Below are positions 1 through 11,778 of a stretch of 64,000 nucleotides of DNA, in pieces. Below the pieces are notes generated by a model, which worked only from the letters and a program-made list of their open reading frames with translations, searched no databases and had not been told where the DNA came from. A program made the position numbers and the translations under genes. How positions within the stretch are numbered: position 1 is the first letter of the stretch; every line of letters begins with the position of its first letter. The stretch comes from Haliotis rubra (Eukaryota), in contig NW_025766814.1 of NCBI RefSeq assembly GCF_003918875.1, positions 1,178,001 to 1,242,000 on the forward strand. Direction: 5' to 3'.

Positions 1-434
1 CTCATGATCTAGTCTAGATTGTAAAACTGGCTGCTTTTAGTAAGGATTTACTATGGATGTGGATAGGGTTTTGTTGCTTCTATTACTGTGTTCTCAGTGG
101 CTGTCTGACCCATAATAAACACTAAACAAGCTTAACCTTCTTGCGAACACCTGGTGTTTCAGTGATCCACCATATTATACGTCTGTTTTGCTTTACATCC
201 AATGGAACCTGTTTTGGTTTTAACCAGCTGTTCCCTAGTATATTACATATATTTATATTTCAAAATAGCTCTAAAAATTTTTTCTCCCACTCACTATATC
301 GTGCATGTGCAAACCTTTGAGTTCACAGATGTCACAAATGACAAAAGTACATATTTTGATGATTTCAACACTCAGAAGATATAGTATTACGTAATGGTAT
401 CGACGTAAGGAAAACTTGGAAATGAAATATTCAC

Positions 435-529
435 CAAGAACAACATGTTCTAATAACAACAAGAACAACATGTTCTAATAACAACAAGAACAACATGTTC
501 TAATAACAACAAGAACAACATGTTCTAAT
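435..529. repeat. 25-bp tandem repeat (CAAGAACAACATGTTCTAATAACAA), ~3.8 copies
   Basis: Identical units start at 435, 460, 485 and 510. Confidence 0.95.
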
Positions 530-708
530 CATGTTCAGATAAATCATTCTGTGACCCCATTTGAAGCACATTCCTCGAAACTTAAGTGTATTGGCGTTAA
601 AATGTGCTGACTATAGACAAACATAAAACCTCACAAAACAGTCTCAGTGAAACGCCACAATAATATCCATTAGGTGAAAAAGGCAAAACAGCGGCGAAAA
701 CCACATGA

Positions 709-817
709 CTCTAGGACCTACACCGAAACGTCGCTTTCACTTTAAGAAAGAAGGTGTTCATCCGTATATAGTTATCTTACTTTACCACTCCAACCTCTAA
801 GTGCCTCTAAAAGTAGT
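709..817 (+). mobile_element. 5'-truncated Penelope-like terminal fragment (partial hammerhead half)
   Basis: ...CTACACCGAAACGTCGC...AAGAAAGAAGGTGTTCATCCG...CAACCTCTAAGTGCC resembles the tail of the other PLE-like fragments. Flanked by CACATGA at 702-708 and 818-824 (candidate TSD). The CTGANGA half of the core is missing. Confidence 0.6.
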
Positions 818-3202
818 CACATGAATGAGCTACCGAAGACCAACGATGTCATCTGGTGCTTGCAACATTTATAATCAGATTCCACACACGTGCCTATGTT
901 TCATGCAAAGGTTACGCAGAAATGGTTATTTACAATCCGAAGTATAAAGGACATTTCTTTTTTCTGCAAACCTTCAGTGAAGTCATGCCTATGTTCTCTG
1001 ACCGGTTTATACGCCGTAACGATTGTCCTTAATAAAATACCGGGTTGCACAATCAGAAGCAGTTCCTCACATCATTAACTGCCTTTTCATTTTCTGCTGA
1101 TTGGATTCAAACCCCTTCAAACCAATTGCATATCGGTTATATCTCTGAACTTACTGTCCTCCAGGTGGTGAAACTTTATGAATATGGGAAGCTATTTTGA
1201 AGTCATACTTTGACGTGATAATTATGACCAGTGCGCGATAAATTACTTATCATGACATCAATATCGCACCACCGCACATTTCCTTCTACATGTTTATCTT
1301 TTCAGAGCAATACTTCAGAACGTGTTGCTGTCACGAGAACGTTGGTTTGCACGTGTAAATTTCACAAGTCAAGTCTGTCAAGGGGGAAACAGCTCAACTC
1401 TGCACCGGGGCAATTTATATAGTAAAGGCTAGGTTTATAAGTTAAATAAAACAGAGTTACATTTATCCCTTGGGGTGTTATGAGATTTATAGATTTATCG
1501 CAGGGGGAAACCTCGGGGACTAACCCCTTCGTTTTTATCCCTCATATACACGTTTTGAATAAAAAATACATAGAGAGAACTTTGACGTGCGATTTACACT
1601 TCACAAAGCTGCCCTTCTCTGTGTGTTTTTTGTTGTATACACAAACGTGATGGATGCCATATAATCCGTATGCCTACAAAATAAGTTTACAATTTGTACG
1701 ATTACAGTAAGTATTGTATTTTAGAGTATTGCAACTGATCTGAATAATTATCGGTATAGTTTCACATTCGTATAACACACACCACTATCATTACAAAATC
1801 CTGGCTCGGATCAGTTCCGGCATAAAATGTATACACATTGCTCATCCTATAAAATTTCATCCCAATATTTCATTCCTGTCTCACATCTACTTTCAATAAG
1901 CCAGAGAACATTCATCAATATTGTCAACAGATGAAACACTCCTACAGAACAAGGAGAAGGAACTTTATTTCATCACATCACCAAACCTATACCTTACCCC
2001 TGCCTTATTGTGCTACATTTCTCTCCGAATCAAGTATTGCAGTCTCAACGATTCCGACCCTTGGTACCCTAAACTTCAGATGTAAAGTAATCACAACCCT
2101 CTCGTCTTGAAGGACGAGCGGGCGACAGGTAATATATGATTACATTCATCCTCTCAAGGAAACACATGGCCTGGACGGACGACTTCTGGGTAACACTCAG
2201 GGCGGGAAATTACAAGGGCCAGCTTGATAAATATTTGATTTAATAAGCTAATAGGGGAGAGTATCTGTCTGGTCATCCGCCTTGACACAAAGGCCAAGAA
2301 GGAGGAGAGCCAAGACTGAAGACATTACGGAGTGGTGCGCATCTTTTACTGCATCCTGGACCATTCAAGGCAGAGACAGTAGTCCGACTGGCCTACAACT
2401 CTGGATATTAGTCCCACTTACTTCTTCCAAATTGCATCTGCGCTTATTAGATATCTTGTCACAATTTGATATAGTTTGCGTGTTGTAAGCAATTGTTCCT
2501 TGCCTTGGCAGCTTAAATGCAGCAGCTCTTGTCGACATTCGAACTCCAGGAGGTTAAATTGCTTGATTGGACCAGGCCCGAAAACTCCTCACATTCGCAT
2601 CTCCCAAGAATCTCACAGAAGTCAGTAATTTTCTGTATGACCCATGAGAAATGTCTCTATTTGAGAAATTGAAATGGATTGAGCAGGTGACCCCAGAAAA
2701 GTCTCAGCTCAGGCGGACATGGCTTTCGTAATTGCCGAGATGGTTCCACGAATAGCCGGCTATTACGAATGGGCCGGAACATAAGAAAACATGTCACGCT
2801 ATGTTTTGTAGGACTGATGAATTTCATGCAAACGCCACGGGCTCGTCTTACAACTTGGATTTTATGATGTATCTGGGATTTAAAAGTACAGAAAAGTTAG
2901 TTGGGAATTGGCGACATAAAAAGTTTGATGTTTGGGATTGGAACTTGAAAATGCATAAAAATATATGGACTTGGAAAATTACGTTGATATATCTCTGCGA
3001 TGATCACTTCATATTCACAAACATCCTCAGCTACTGAATGAAGATTCGTTAGTGATACTTACTAGATAAAGGTTCGCTATTGTGTGGTATCTGTAGTCTC
3101 ATTGGTATTGACACTTTTCAGTGATACAGCAGTAGGTGAGACCCGTTAGAAAGACAAATCTTCAATTGTTTGTATAATATCAATATACCACTTAACGTTA
3201 TA

Positions 3203-3685
3203 GGGTGAGGTGAGGTGAGATGAGGTTGGGTGAGGTGAGGTTGGGTGAGGTGAGGTGAGGATGGGTAAGGTGAGGATGGGTGAGGATGGGTGTGGTGAGG
3301 TCAAGTGAGGTTGGGTGAGGGTGGTGAAGTGAGGATGGGTGAGGTGAGGTGAGGTTGGGTGAGGTGAGGTTGGGTGAGGTGAGGGAGGTTGGGTGGGTGA
3401 TGGTGAGGTGAGGTCAAGTGAGGTTGGGTGAGTGAGGATGGTGAGGTGAGGTTGGGGTGAGGGGAGGAGGTCAGGTGAGTGAGGTTGGGTGAAGTGAGGG
3501 AGGAGTGAGGTGAGGTGAGTGGGTGAGGTTGGGTGAAGTGAGGATGGGTGAGGTGAGGTCAAGTGAGGTTGGGTGAGGTGAGGATGGTAGAGGTGAGGTC
3601 AAGTGAGGTTGGGTGAGGTGAGGGGAGGATGGGTGAGGTGAGGTCAAGTGAGGTTGGGTGAGGTGAGGATGGGTGAGGTGAGGTG
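3203..3685. repeat. G-rich (GGTGA)n-type pentanucleotide satellite with GGTTG/GGATG/GTCAA variants
   Basis: Continuous GTGAG-periodic tract; it generates the spurious Pro/His/Thr/Ser ORF 3146..3562. Confidence 0.95.
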
Positions 3686-3869
3686 TTTAATATAATTACA
3701 CTTATACAGCTACGTGCATGCGTATATGTGTGTGAGCGTGCGCGTGTGTGAGCGTGTACGTGTGGAAGGTGGAGGTAGGGGTTATCTGTTACTTGTCCAA
3801 CTCTGGACCAACGCCAAACTTATATCGCCAGACCACTTAGTTACCCTACCGCAGATAAAATTTAAATAA

Positions 3870-4058
3870 CCCTACTCAGATGCTGTATAATGATTCTAGG
3901 CTGACCAGGCCTTGTTTTAACCCCGTAACACCGAGCACCAAGCAGGGTAACAAGAATTACCATCGTTTAATATATTCTTGTATGGCGAGGCCTTGAATCC
4001 AACCACCTACTATCCGCTCTCCTGGCGGATACTATATCAACTAGGCCAATGAGGCGGT
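3870..4058 (-). mobile_element. Old tRNA-derived SINE (family C)
   Basis: Minus strand begins ACCGCCTCATTGGCCTAGTTG (A-box-like) ... GGTTGGATTC (B-box-like). Body is similar to 4975-5150. 3' boundary is approximate. Confidence 0.6.
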
Positions 4059-4974
4059 CATTGTCATAAGAGCTGACAAAATACATTAGGTGACTCGCAC
4101 GTTTTGACACCAGGCAAAAATGGGTTGTGACTTTGCCTGTAACTGTTACAGACGTTTCGTTTTTCACCTGTTTGTTTTGCAACATTTAGTCACCAACGCC
4201 TTATATCAAACCCAAATCCTCATTTCCTTTTGTCCTTTCCATCTGTGCGCCAATTCTATTTCTAGAAGTTGTGTACATGCCCTACCGCCCCAAGCTCTAT
4301 AGAAATATGACGCTTTAACGACAGCAGGAGCATGATATGACGAGGTGGCCTAATGGATCCGGCTGAAACATCTGGGTCAACGCATTATGGCTGCAGTGAA
4401 GTCACTCCCACACACATGTATAAATGTCCGGCATTTCAGATTTTCAGACAAAATTGACATCCACATTGGGATACGTTTCCAACCACGAACACCGTTAATG
4501 GTTGTCTAACAGCGTTAGCATGATTTATACCTCATTGCTAGTAATACATACGACAGGCCTAAAGTGCCCGATATTTTTCATGTGAGTTGTGAAAATTTAA
4601 GAGTGTCCATCACGAAAGTATGTTTCTTAAAGCCTATATAAACAATGAAAACATGACGTGGAAGAGCGAAGAAAGGGTTTCATCGACTTTTATGTCAATA
4701 GTTTCATGCTTTTGAAGGATGATTGCTGACACGAACTCAGTTTAACATTTTGTTTTGGTTACTTCAGTACTGAATCATGTATTCTACACGAAGAAACGTT
4801 TAGTCTGGCATTCCGAATTATTTCATTGTTTTCAAATTACACAGAATCCTGGCTAACGTAATAAAACCATACATAACAATTGGCTGAAAATGATGAATAT
4901 TTCATATTTACGATGGACCAGTGGGTATTTTAAAAGTTTTACCGACATTTTAACTCCTCGTTGATAACGCAGAT

Positions 4975-5150
4975 ACCCAACTCAGACACATTTTACTGGT
5001 TCTGGGTCGACCAGTCCTTTTTATATTCCATTAAAAGCCGAGTGCCAGATAGGGTAAGAAGGAGAAGAAGCATATTTTAAGATCTTTTGGTTAGCGTAGC
5101 AGCACTCTACTTACGCGTCCGGATGATCTGTCCTACTGGCCATGGGGCGA
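4975..5150 (-). mobile_element. Degenerate SINE family C copy
   Basis: Shares ACTCAGA...GACCAG(T/G)CCTT...CCGAG(T/C)(G/A)CCA...AGGGTAA with 3870-4058. Confidence 0.45.
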
Positions 5151-5174
5151 TCTTAAAGTAAACTTTACATGAAG

Positions 5175-5256
5175 AGGAACAGTTTCTTGGACAGAAACTT
5201 CTTCATTGCAATAGATGCGACGTTTCGGTGTAGATGCTAACACAGTTATGAACATA
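5175..5256 (-). mobile_element. Penelope-like terminal fragment with degenerate hammerhead
   Basis: Minus strand: GTTCATAAC-TGTGT-TAGCATCT-ACACC-GAAA-CGTC-GC...AATGAAGAAGTT. The layout matches the other PLE/hammerhead fragments but the core is mutated. Confidence 0.6.
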
Positions 5257-6119
5257 TATATCGTTCCTCGTCATCATGCCAGCTTCTCAGGGACATTAAA
5301 GAACAAATAATAGTTTATGAGTCAAGATATGAGTTTCAGTGATGATTACACAATGTGTATACCACTGTATACAAGGTCACCTTAGTCGTGTTAACTTACA
5401 TCTCTGCCTAAGAGATCTTGTAGCAAAATGTGCAAGTGTTTTAAGTGATTGTTCCCAGCCTTAATAGTTTAAATGCAGCAGCTCCTGTCGACATTCGAAA
5501 TCCAGGTCACATTGCTTGGGTGCGAGGTATTTAATCATGTAGTTTGAAATAATTCTTAGTAGATTTCATATGCCCACAAACATAACTTGAATACAGTGTA
5601 ACCTTAAATGAATAGAGCAATACATAGTGTGTATACTATCCAATGTATTGTTACTCTTCAGAATCAAATATAACCATGATGGTGAACTTCATATATGTAA
5701 CATTTTGAATAATCCCATATTCTTTCAAAATTCGTCAAAGTATACTGGTATACTAAACGTATAATATAAAGTATACTATGAACTTATTATTAAATTCTGT
5801 TCTTAAGTAGAGTCAGATATGATCATGAGATACACCTCCGTTCTGGGGTCATTATAATTACCAACATGTATTCGAAAAAATGTAAATTGTGAATGGGTGT
5901 TTATGGATTTATTGATGTTCCTATAACTCGCGTATTTACAGGTTGCGCATAAATGCACTGCTATTATTGTACACATGTACTATTGGCCTCAGGGCCACAT
6001 ATACAAATAAATATGTCTGTCTGTCTGTCTGTCCAACATGTATTCGTTATACCAACATATTACTTATTCATTCTGTGTTCGAGTGCGTTACACTAACTCT
6101 GTTAGTCACATCAATGTAT

Positions 6120-6290
6120 GGGGCGGTGGGGTAGCCTAATGGTTAAAGCGTTGGCTCGTCACGCCGAAGACCCGGGTTCGAATCCCCACATGGGTACAAT
6201 GTGTGAAGCCCATTTCTGGTGTCCCCCGCCGTGATGTTGCTGGAATATTGCTAAAAGCGGCGTAAAACCAAACTCAGTCAGTCAGTCAGA
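6120..6290 (+). mobile_element. tRNA-derived SINE (SINE-A), full length
   Basis: GGGGCGGTGGGGTAGCCTAATGG (A box), GGTTCGAATCC (B box), tail GCTGGAATATTGCTAAAAGCGGCGTAAAACC + (GTCA)n. TSD CACATCAATG(T/C)AT at 6107-6119 and 6291-6303. Confidence 0.92.
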
Positions 6291-7210
6291 CACATCAATG
6301 CATATATCAGCAATATGGGAGTCCACAATGGCAGTCGATAGACTTTGACCCTGATCCTGACATGACTTAAAATACAATCTTGCATAGCGTCACAACCCTA
6401 AGATTAGTGTCACTGTTGCAAATGTAAATGTACACATACTTTGAATATGAGAAGCAATTGCTGTATTGACAGAACTAGTTCTGATTGAGTAGTTCACCAC
6501 ACCGAGCACCAATCTGTCATGACATATCCTGTCAGGATGCACATTTTCTCCTCTGTCACACTAATTGATGCCATTGATATGACCTGCCAATCTCAATGAG
6601 TACAACTATGTCAGTGCTTGTTGTATTCACTGGTATCAACCTGTCTATTCATTCATCAATGTTAATGTATCAAGACACTGTCTATCAGGCGAGTCTGACA
6701 ATGGTATGATCATTGGTTAGCAATGACATGTAACTGACTATCTGGACATACAAACCATGAGATGCGCTATGACTAAACATTCATCAACATTAATATAACA
6801 TTGTATTGTCTGTCGGGAGACTCCTATATGGCAATTGTATAGTCATTCGTTATCAACGCCAGGTGACCGACCGTCCAGACATGCAGACTCTGAAGTGTAC
6901 ATACCCACACATTTATCATCATTTGTATAGCATGACATTGTATGTCGAGAAATGCAAGCGTTTCAATGCAATAGCTATACACTCTCATCCATCTGTCTTG
7001 GTATTGACAAGGAAGCGGGAGATCGTACACCCTATACTGATTTCCTTGTTCTCCTTTAATTACACGACCTCATATATCTTTCACTATTGGTTAATTTTAT
7101 TCATAACTTAGTCATTAAAATATTTTCATATTTACAGTTAAACCCCATAAATCTCGAATCAAGCTAGACTTTGCTGTTAGAACGAGATATCCGGACATTC
7201 ATTACATCGG

Positions 7211-7853
7211 GCATGTGTGTCTACATGTGTGGATTTGCATGTGTGTGTCTATGTGTGTGTTCATGCATGTGTGTCTGTGTGTGGGGGCATTTATGTACGT
7301 GTCTGTCTGTGTGCGGGTTTGCATGTGTGTGTACATGCATGTGTGTGTCTGTGCGTGGGGCATGCATGTGTACATCTGTCTGTGTAGGCATGTATGTGTG
7401 TGTCTATGTGTGTGTTCATGCATGTGTGTGTCTGTGTGTGGGGCATGTATATGTGTGTCTACTTGTGTGGGCATGCATGTGTGTGTCTATGTGTGTGTTC
7501 ATGCATGTGTGTGTCTGTGTGTGGGGGCATGTATGTGTGTGTCTACTTGTGTGTGTTCATGTATGTGTGTGTTCATGTATGTGTGAGTCTATGTGCGGGA
7601 ATGTATATGTGTGTCTACTTGTGTGGGTTTGTATGTGTGTCTACTTGTGTGGGCATGTATGTGTGTGTCAAATTGTGGGGGATTGTATGTGTGGGTTTAT
7701 GTGTGTGTCTACTTGTGTGGGCATGTATGTGTGTGTCTACTTTTGTGAGTTTGTATATGTGTGTCTGTGTGTGTTCATGCATGTGTGTGTGTGTGTGGGG
7801 GGGCATGCATGTGTGTGTCTGTGTGCGGGTATGTGTGAGTGTCTGTATGTATG
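7211..7853. repeat. Compound TG-rich microsatellite / low-complexity tract
   Basis: Reiterated GCATGTGTGTGTCT / GTGTGGGGCATGT motifs; source of the Cys/Val/Met ORFs. Confidence 0.95.
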
Positions 7854-8065
7854 CTCAAATGGAAACTTACGGCACAAATACTTTGTGCCATTACATCAAG
7901 TAATCACAGCCTTTGTTGACCTTGTATGATAGTGATCCACTACAAACTCTATTCCCTATCAATTACTGCATCATTTATCATATACATTGCATGTTTCAGG
8001 AAAACTGACATTAACACATATCAAGTGCATGTAGATAACACACGTCCACTAACAACTCAAATGTA

Positions 8066-8250
8066 CCAATATACTTTATGGATTTAAGCGTCTGTATTCT
8101 TTCCCACACGTTTCGGGATCATTACAGATCCCTTCATCAGGTGAAGTGATCTGTAATGATCCCGAAACGTTCTGTGGGGAAAGAAAAAGAAGCTTAAATC
8201 CATAAAATATCTTGGTCATCCATAACAACTTCTAAATGCCGCTAAAATGT
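8066..8250. mobile_element. Penelope-like mini-insertion: divergent inverted pair of terminal segments with hammerhead motifs
   Basis: Arms ~8066-8138 and ~8142-8215 are inverted repeats. Minus strand reads CAC-CTGATGA-A-GGGATC-TGTAAT-GATCCC-GAAA-CGT-GTG. 12-bp TSD AACTCAAATGTA at 8054-8065 and 8251-8262. Confidence 0.8.
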
Positions 8251-8899
8251 AACTCAAATGTAGTAACCAATACTTCATCGAGCCATGAGCGGGTAAGGAT
8301 TGATCAATAGCATGCGTATCATATCAAGACTCATGTAAAAAAGGAGCAGGAGAACATGAACCATATGAAAGCGAGTTCGAATCCCGTTTTCACTCATTGT
8401 GTCGGTACCATTTCGTTATATCCATCTACATCTGGCTCTCATGCAAACTAAGATGACCCGCTTCCATCAGTAACACTGACCCTTGTTTGTCAATTCATCT
8501 GAAGCCACAGCCAGATTAGAACCACATAACCGTTCATTTACCTTTATACAAAATATGCCAGTAGTTGATATTGTCATAAAGACTGCTGAAACGAGATCCA
8601 TGAATCTACTGACATGTTACCACTGTATATAGTAAGAAGGTATTGCATGTGAGTTACGTATAAGTCAAAGACTCCGATGTGAACGTAACTAGTGGCAACG
8701 ACAAGAGGATGTAGAACCTTTTAGCCACATTGTCTGCCCATGTGTATAAAACTTTCACGACTGACATTATTCTTCCTGTTTCATGCTATAATGTCATAAA
8801 AAGAGGATAGGCCCAGACTTAAAAACTTTGGCTTTAAAAAGCCCCAACCCTTCACTGACGTTGATATTAAACTTGAATGACTATCATGGCCTGTACATG

Positions 8900-10840
8900 C
8901 TACTTTCAATGTTTGTGATCTGCGATCACGCGAACCCAAACAATTAACATGTGAAAAATGCATGCCTCTGCGCTTCTCCTACCAGTAACTTCATACATGG
9001 TAGCAGAGTAATTAACTCTGAACAGGCCACAAAAGGCCAACTGTAAAGCGGTTTCGCTTCTGAAAGAACTCCTGTAAAGTAGTTAAGCTATCAGCATTGG
9101 CTTTGCAGACAAGCCAGTAAGTTATCGATATTTCTTGAGACACAAGGTGATGATTATAACAACTTGGACGAAGGGTCTTTGTTCGGATAGTATAAAAAAG
9201 CTACAAGGCGAGTAAACAGACGCAATTTTACTTTGGAAAAGAGAATAATATATTTATGATAAATATGTCTTTTTGTACGGTACTGGAAACATCCCAAATA
9301 TTGATTTCTGGTATATGTGCACATTCCTTTGTCAGTAAGACATTCGTTAGAATGAGGTAGTGGAAATAGATTATTTAGCTTTCAAGCTAGCTATTAATAG
9401 AGTCTCCAGGGAACCAATTCTACGACCGGAAAAAATAGTGTCTAAACCTTGCGTGAGGGTATCGCCAAGAAATTGAAATACCTAAACGATAGAGTGTGAG
9501 TATTCAAAAACAAATTGGTCCTTTTATTGGACAAAAGTGCCAACCTCTTTACTTTGTTTAATGACTGTTCTTGTACCTCTCCTAAACAGTTTGCGATATC
9601 AATAATTAAAATAAGAGCGATATGTGTAAAAAGCACTGCCAGGAACTATTACAGAAAATAATGACAGACTTGGGTTGTACGTCCCTGTATTACTGAGTAT
9701 CTCAGAACGATTCATTATTCTGTTTTACCATGTGCTCGATTTGATATCTAAGTATTTTCCCTTGGGAGCCCAATTGTTTCGCCATAAAAGCATAAATGCA
9801 AGGAACAAATCGCAAGAGATTTCTAATGATCATGAAAAGTGCTGAGGCTATTAATCTTTGAAATACTACCTGGAACTTAACAATGAATCTAAATTACACC
9901 TCTTGGCTCCTTTGGGAACCGAGGGTGACAATTGGCTAAAGCCTGCTGCCGCTTGTGCTAGGGTTTGGAGTGATTTACGTGGAACGAGGGTTGTATTCTG
10001 AGAATTACAAAATGAGTTATCATCTCGTAAACACGCTTAGAGTTAGAGGTAAACATCTAATAATATATAAATACCCCTTTCTGGCACACACAAAATAATG
10101 GTATACGTGGAATTGGCATGTTCCAAGAAACACCAGACTATTACCTATCTCGTTCATCTCAACCAATTACTGTTTCTCTTTCCTTGAGATTACATGAGTT
10201 GTATAGAGATTAAACAAAGACATGTGTAGATAATAATAGGTTCAAGATAACTGTGTCAAGACACATGGGCTTTACAAATTTTCTGCCTGATATAATTGAA
10301 ATAGCGTGTAAATAGTATGAGTAATGTACTCGAAAGAGGTCTCCGCGATGCCGGCTTGCATGAAGTTGAAATGCCTTTCAAACCTATTAACCCTTCCCAG
10401 ACGCAAGTCAGTTTCGGGTAAATACTAGTTTCTTTTAAATATACGAATGCCATAATAGTTGGAATATATTGAAACACAAAATACGGAGCTGCCAAAAGTC
10501 ATCATACTAAGACCAACTTGGTGATTTCAAGCTTCAACCCTCAGTCATTCAGATATAGCCAGAAAGACCTAAGTTACAAATTGGTATCACAGCGTCAATG
10601 CAATAATCTCACTGTGTATGCTGTCGAGCGAATACCTCAACATGTTCCAAAAGAGATGAGCCTGCTGATTGTCTTTCGAGCGGGTTATGGAGTGAGAGAT
10701 GGTATCATTGGTAGAATGCACAGACTGAAAAAGAGGAACCATTATTGGAATGAACATGTTTTGTCCCAGCCAGCCGGCATCAAAGGTCTGGCTGCCCACA
10801 TGAAACTATTCTCGTTGTACCCAATGTCAAGGCATTGAAT
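8900..10840 (+). mobile_element. Heavily decayed DIRS/Ngaro-like (tyrosine recombinase) retrotransposon relic
   Basis: Manual translation gives PAAACARVWSDLRGTRVVF (~9940-10000) and HVPRNT..DYYLSR (~10115-10155), resembling DIRS RNase H motifs. FRYSQKD..EYLNM (~10550-10645) resembles YR 'RYSKTDQ..EYL'. Many stops and frameshifts; boundaries are approximate. Confidence 0.4.
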
Positions 10841-11407
10841 AACATAACCATTATACATTAAGCATCACGACTTCAATTATTTGATCTAAGAACTTTGTAT
10901 ATGTTGTATATCAAATAAAGACACATATAAAACAAGCATGTTTACTGTCTGAAAAGCCCCGCAGAACATTGAACGCCTTCTTCTTGCATGAATTTCCAAA
11001 GCCCTACATTAATACTGGTTCTAGTTCAGAAATGTTAGAATGGTTCATGAGGTGCATTCTTAATACGATAACATTATCCCCGTCAATGGACCTGTTTGCA
11101 CTAGATATTCATTTTCAGATCATTGGAGAGTATACAAGTTGAGCTGATTTGTCAGGATCTCTAAGGTTAACGGATACAATACTACCTCATCCTCACAGGT
11201 CCAAGTGTATCGCTGGATGAACAAAAGAATAAAGTCACTTGTCTAAAGAGACACCATATGTCTCAATTTGTATCAAATTTCAAACGTACCATGACCATGT
11301 CATTAAACGATATAACACAGTGACGTGATGCTTTGAGATAACGGTACAACTACGTTATAATATAAAAGGTGAGAATTTGTGGATGTCAACTATTTTCCTG
11401 TGAGGAA

Positions 11408-11447
11408 CACGACGTTTCGGAGTATGTTCTTACTCCTTCATCAGGTG
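11408..11447 (-). ncRNA. Minimal type I hammerhead ribozyme motif (PLE-type)
   Basis: Minus strand: CAC CUGAUGA A GGAGUA AGAACA UACUCC GAAA C GUC GUG. Intact core, 6-bp stem II, CAC/GUG stem I, palindromic ACGU in place of stem III, GUC cleavage triplet. Confidence 0.8.
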
Positions 11448-11477
11448 AATACATTGGTTGGCTTAGGTAATTCACCT

Positions 11478-11519
11478 TCACCTGACGAAGGAGTAAGGAA
11501 ATACTCCGAAACGTTGTGA
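11478..11519 (+). ncRNA. Minimal type I hammerhead ribozyme motif (PLE-type)
   Basis: UCAC CUGACGA A GGAGUA AGGAAA UACUCC GAAA C GUU GUGA. Intact core, GUU triplet. Confidence 0.75.
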
Positions 11520-11564
11520 TCCTAATAATAAAGAAGTTGACATGTATATATCCTCTCGTGTTTT

Positions 11565-11778
11565 TAATTTTTTTAAATTTTATTCATTTCAGCCATTTTA
11601 CAGGTATTGCACATTTTCACACTGTTTCATGACAGTAGGGGTAGGTTCATTTTCACAATAAACAAAGCAATTTATTGTTGCAGTACTTTCGGCCATTTAC
11701 TTTTAAATTTTTGGATACTGTTGGTGTACTTGGAGATATACTCTTCAATAGATATAGTGTCCTTAAGGGTTTTCACAA
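11565..11778 (-). mobile_element. 5'-truncated L1/Tx1-type LINE 3' end
   Basis: Minus strand encodes VKTLKDTISIEEYISKYTNSIQKFKSKWPKVLQQ*, resembling an L1/Tx1 ORF2 C-terminus (E.YI...N...F..KW), then AATAAA and an A-rich tail. Perfect 15-bp TSD ATCCTCTCGTGTTTT at 11550-11564 and 11779-11793. Confidence 0.8.

Noticed and set aside
2813-2840. Other CTGATGA occurrences (also ~24048, 42680, 47845, 56764) as hammerheads
   Set aside because: No stem II followed by GAAA and a cleavage triplet.
3146-3562. Pro/His/Thr-rich extensin-like ORF
   Set aside because: Derived from the (GGTGA)n repeat.
6120-6192. tRNA gene
   Set aside because: The tRNA-like head continues into a SINE body and tail with a TSD and occurs in many diverged copies.
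7171-7929. 252-aa Cys/Val-rich ORF and overlapping ORFs
   Set aside because: Translation artefact of a TG microsatellite, open in several frames.
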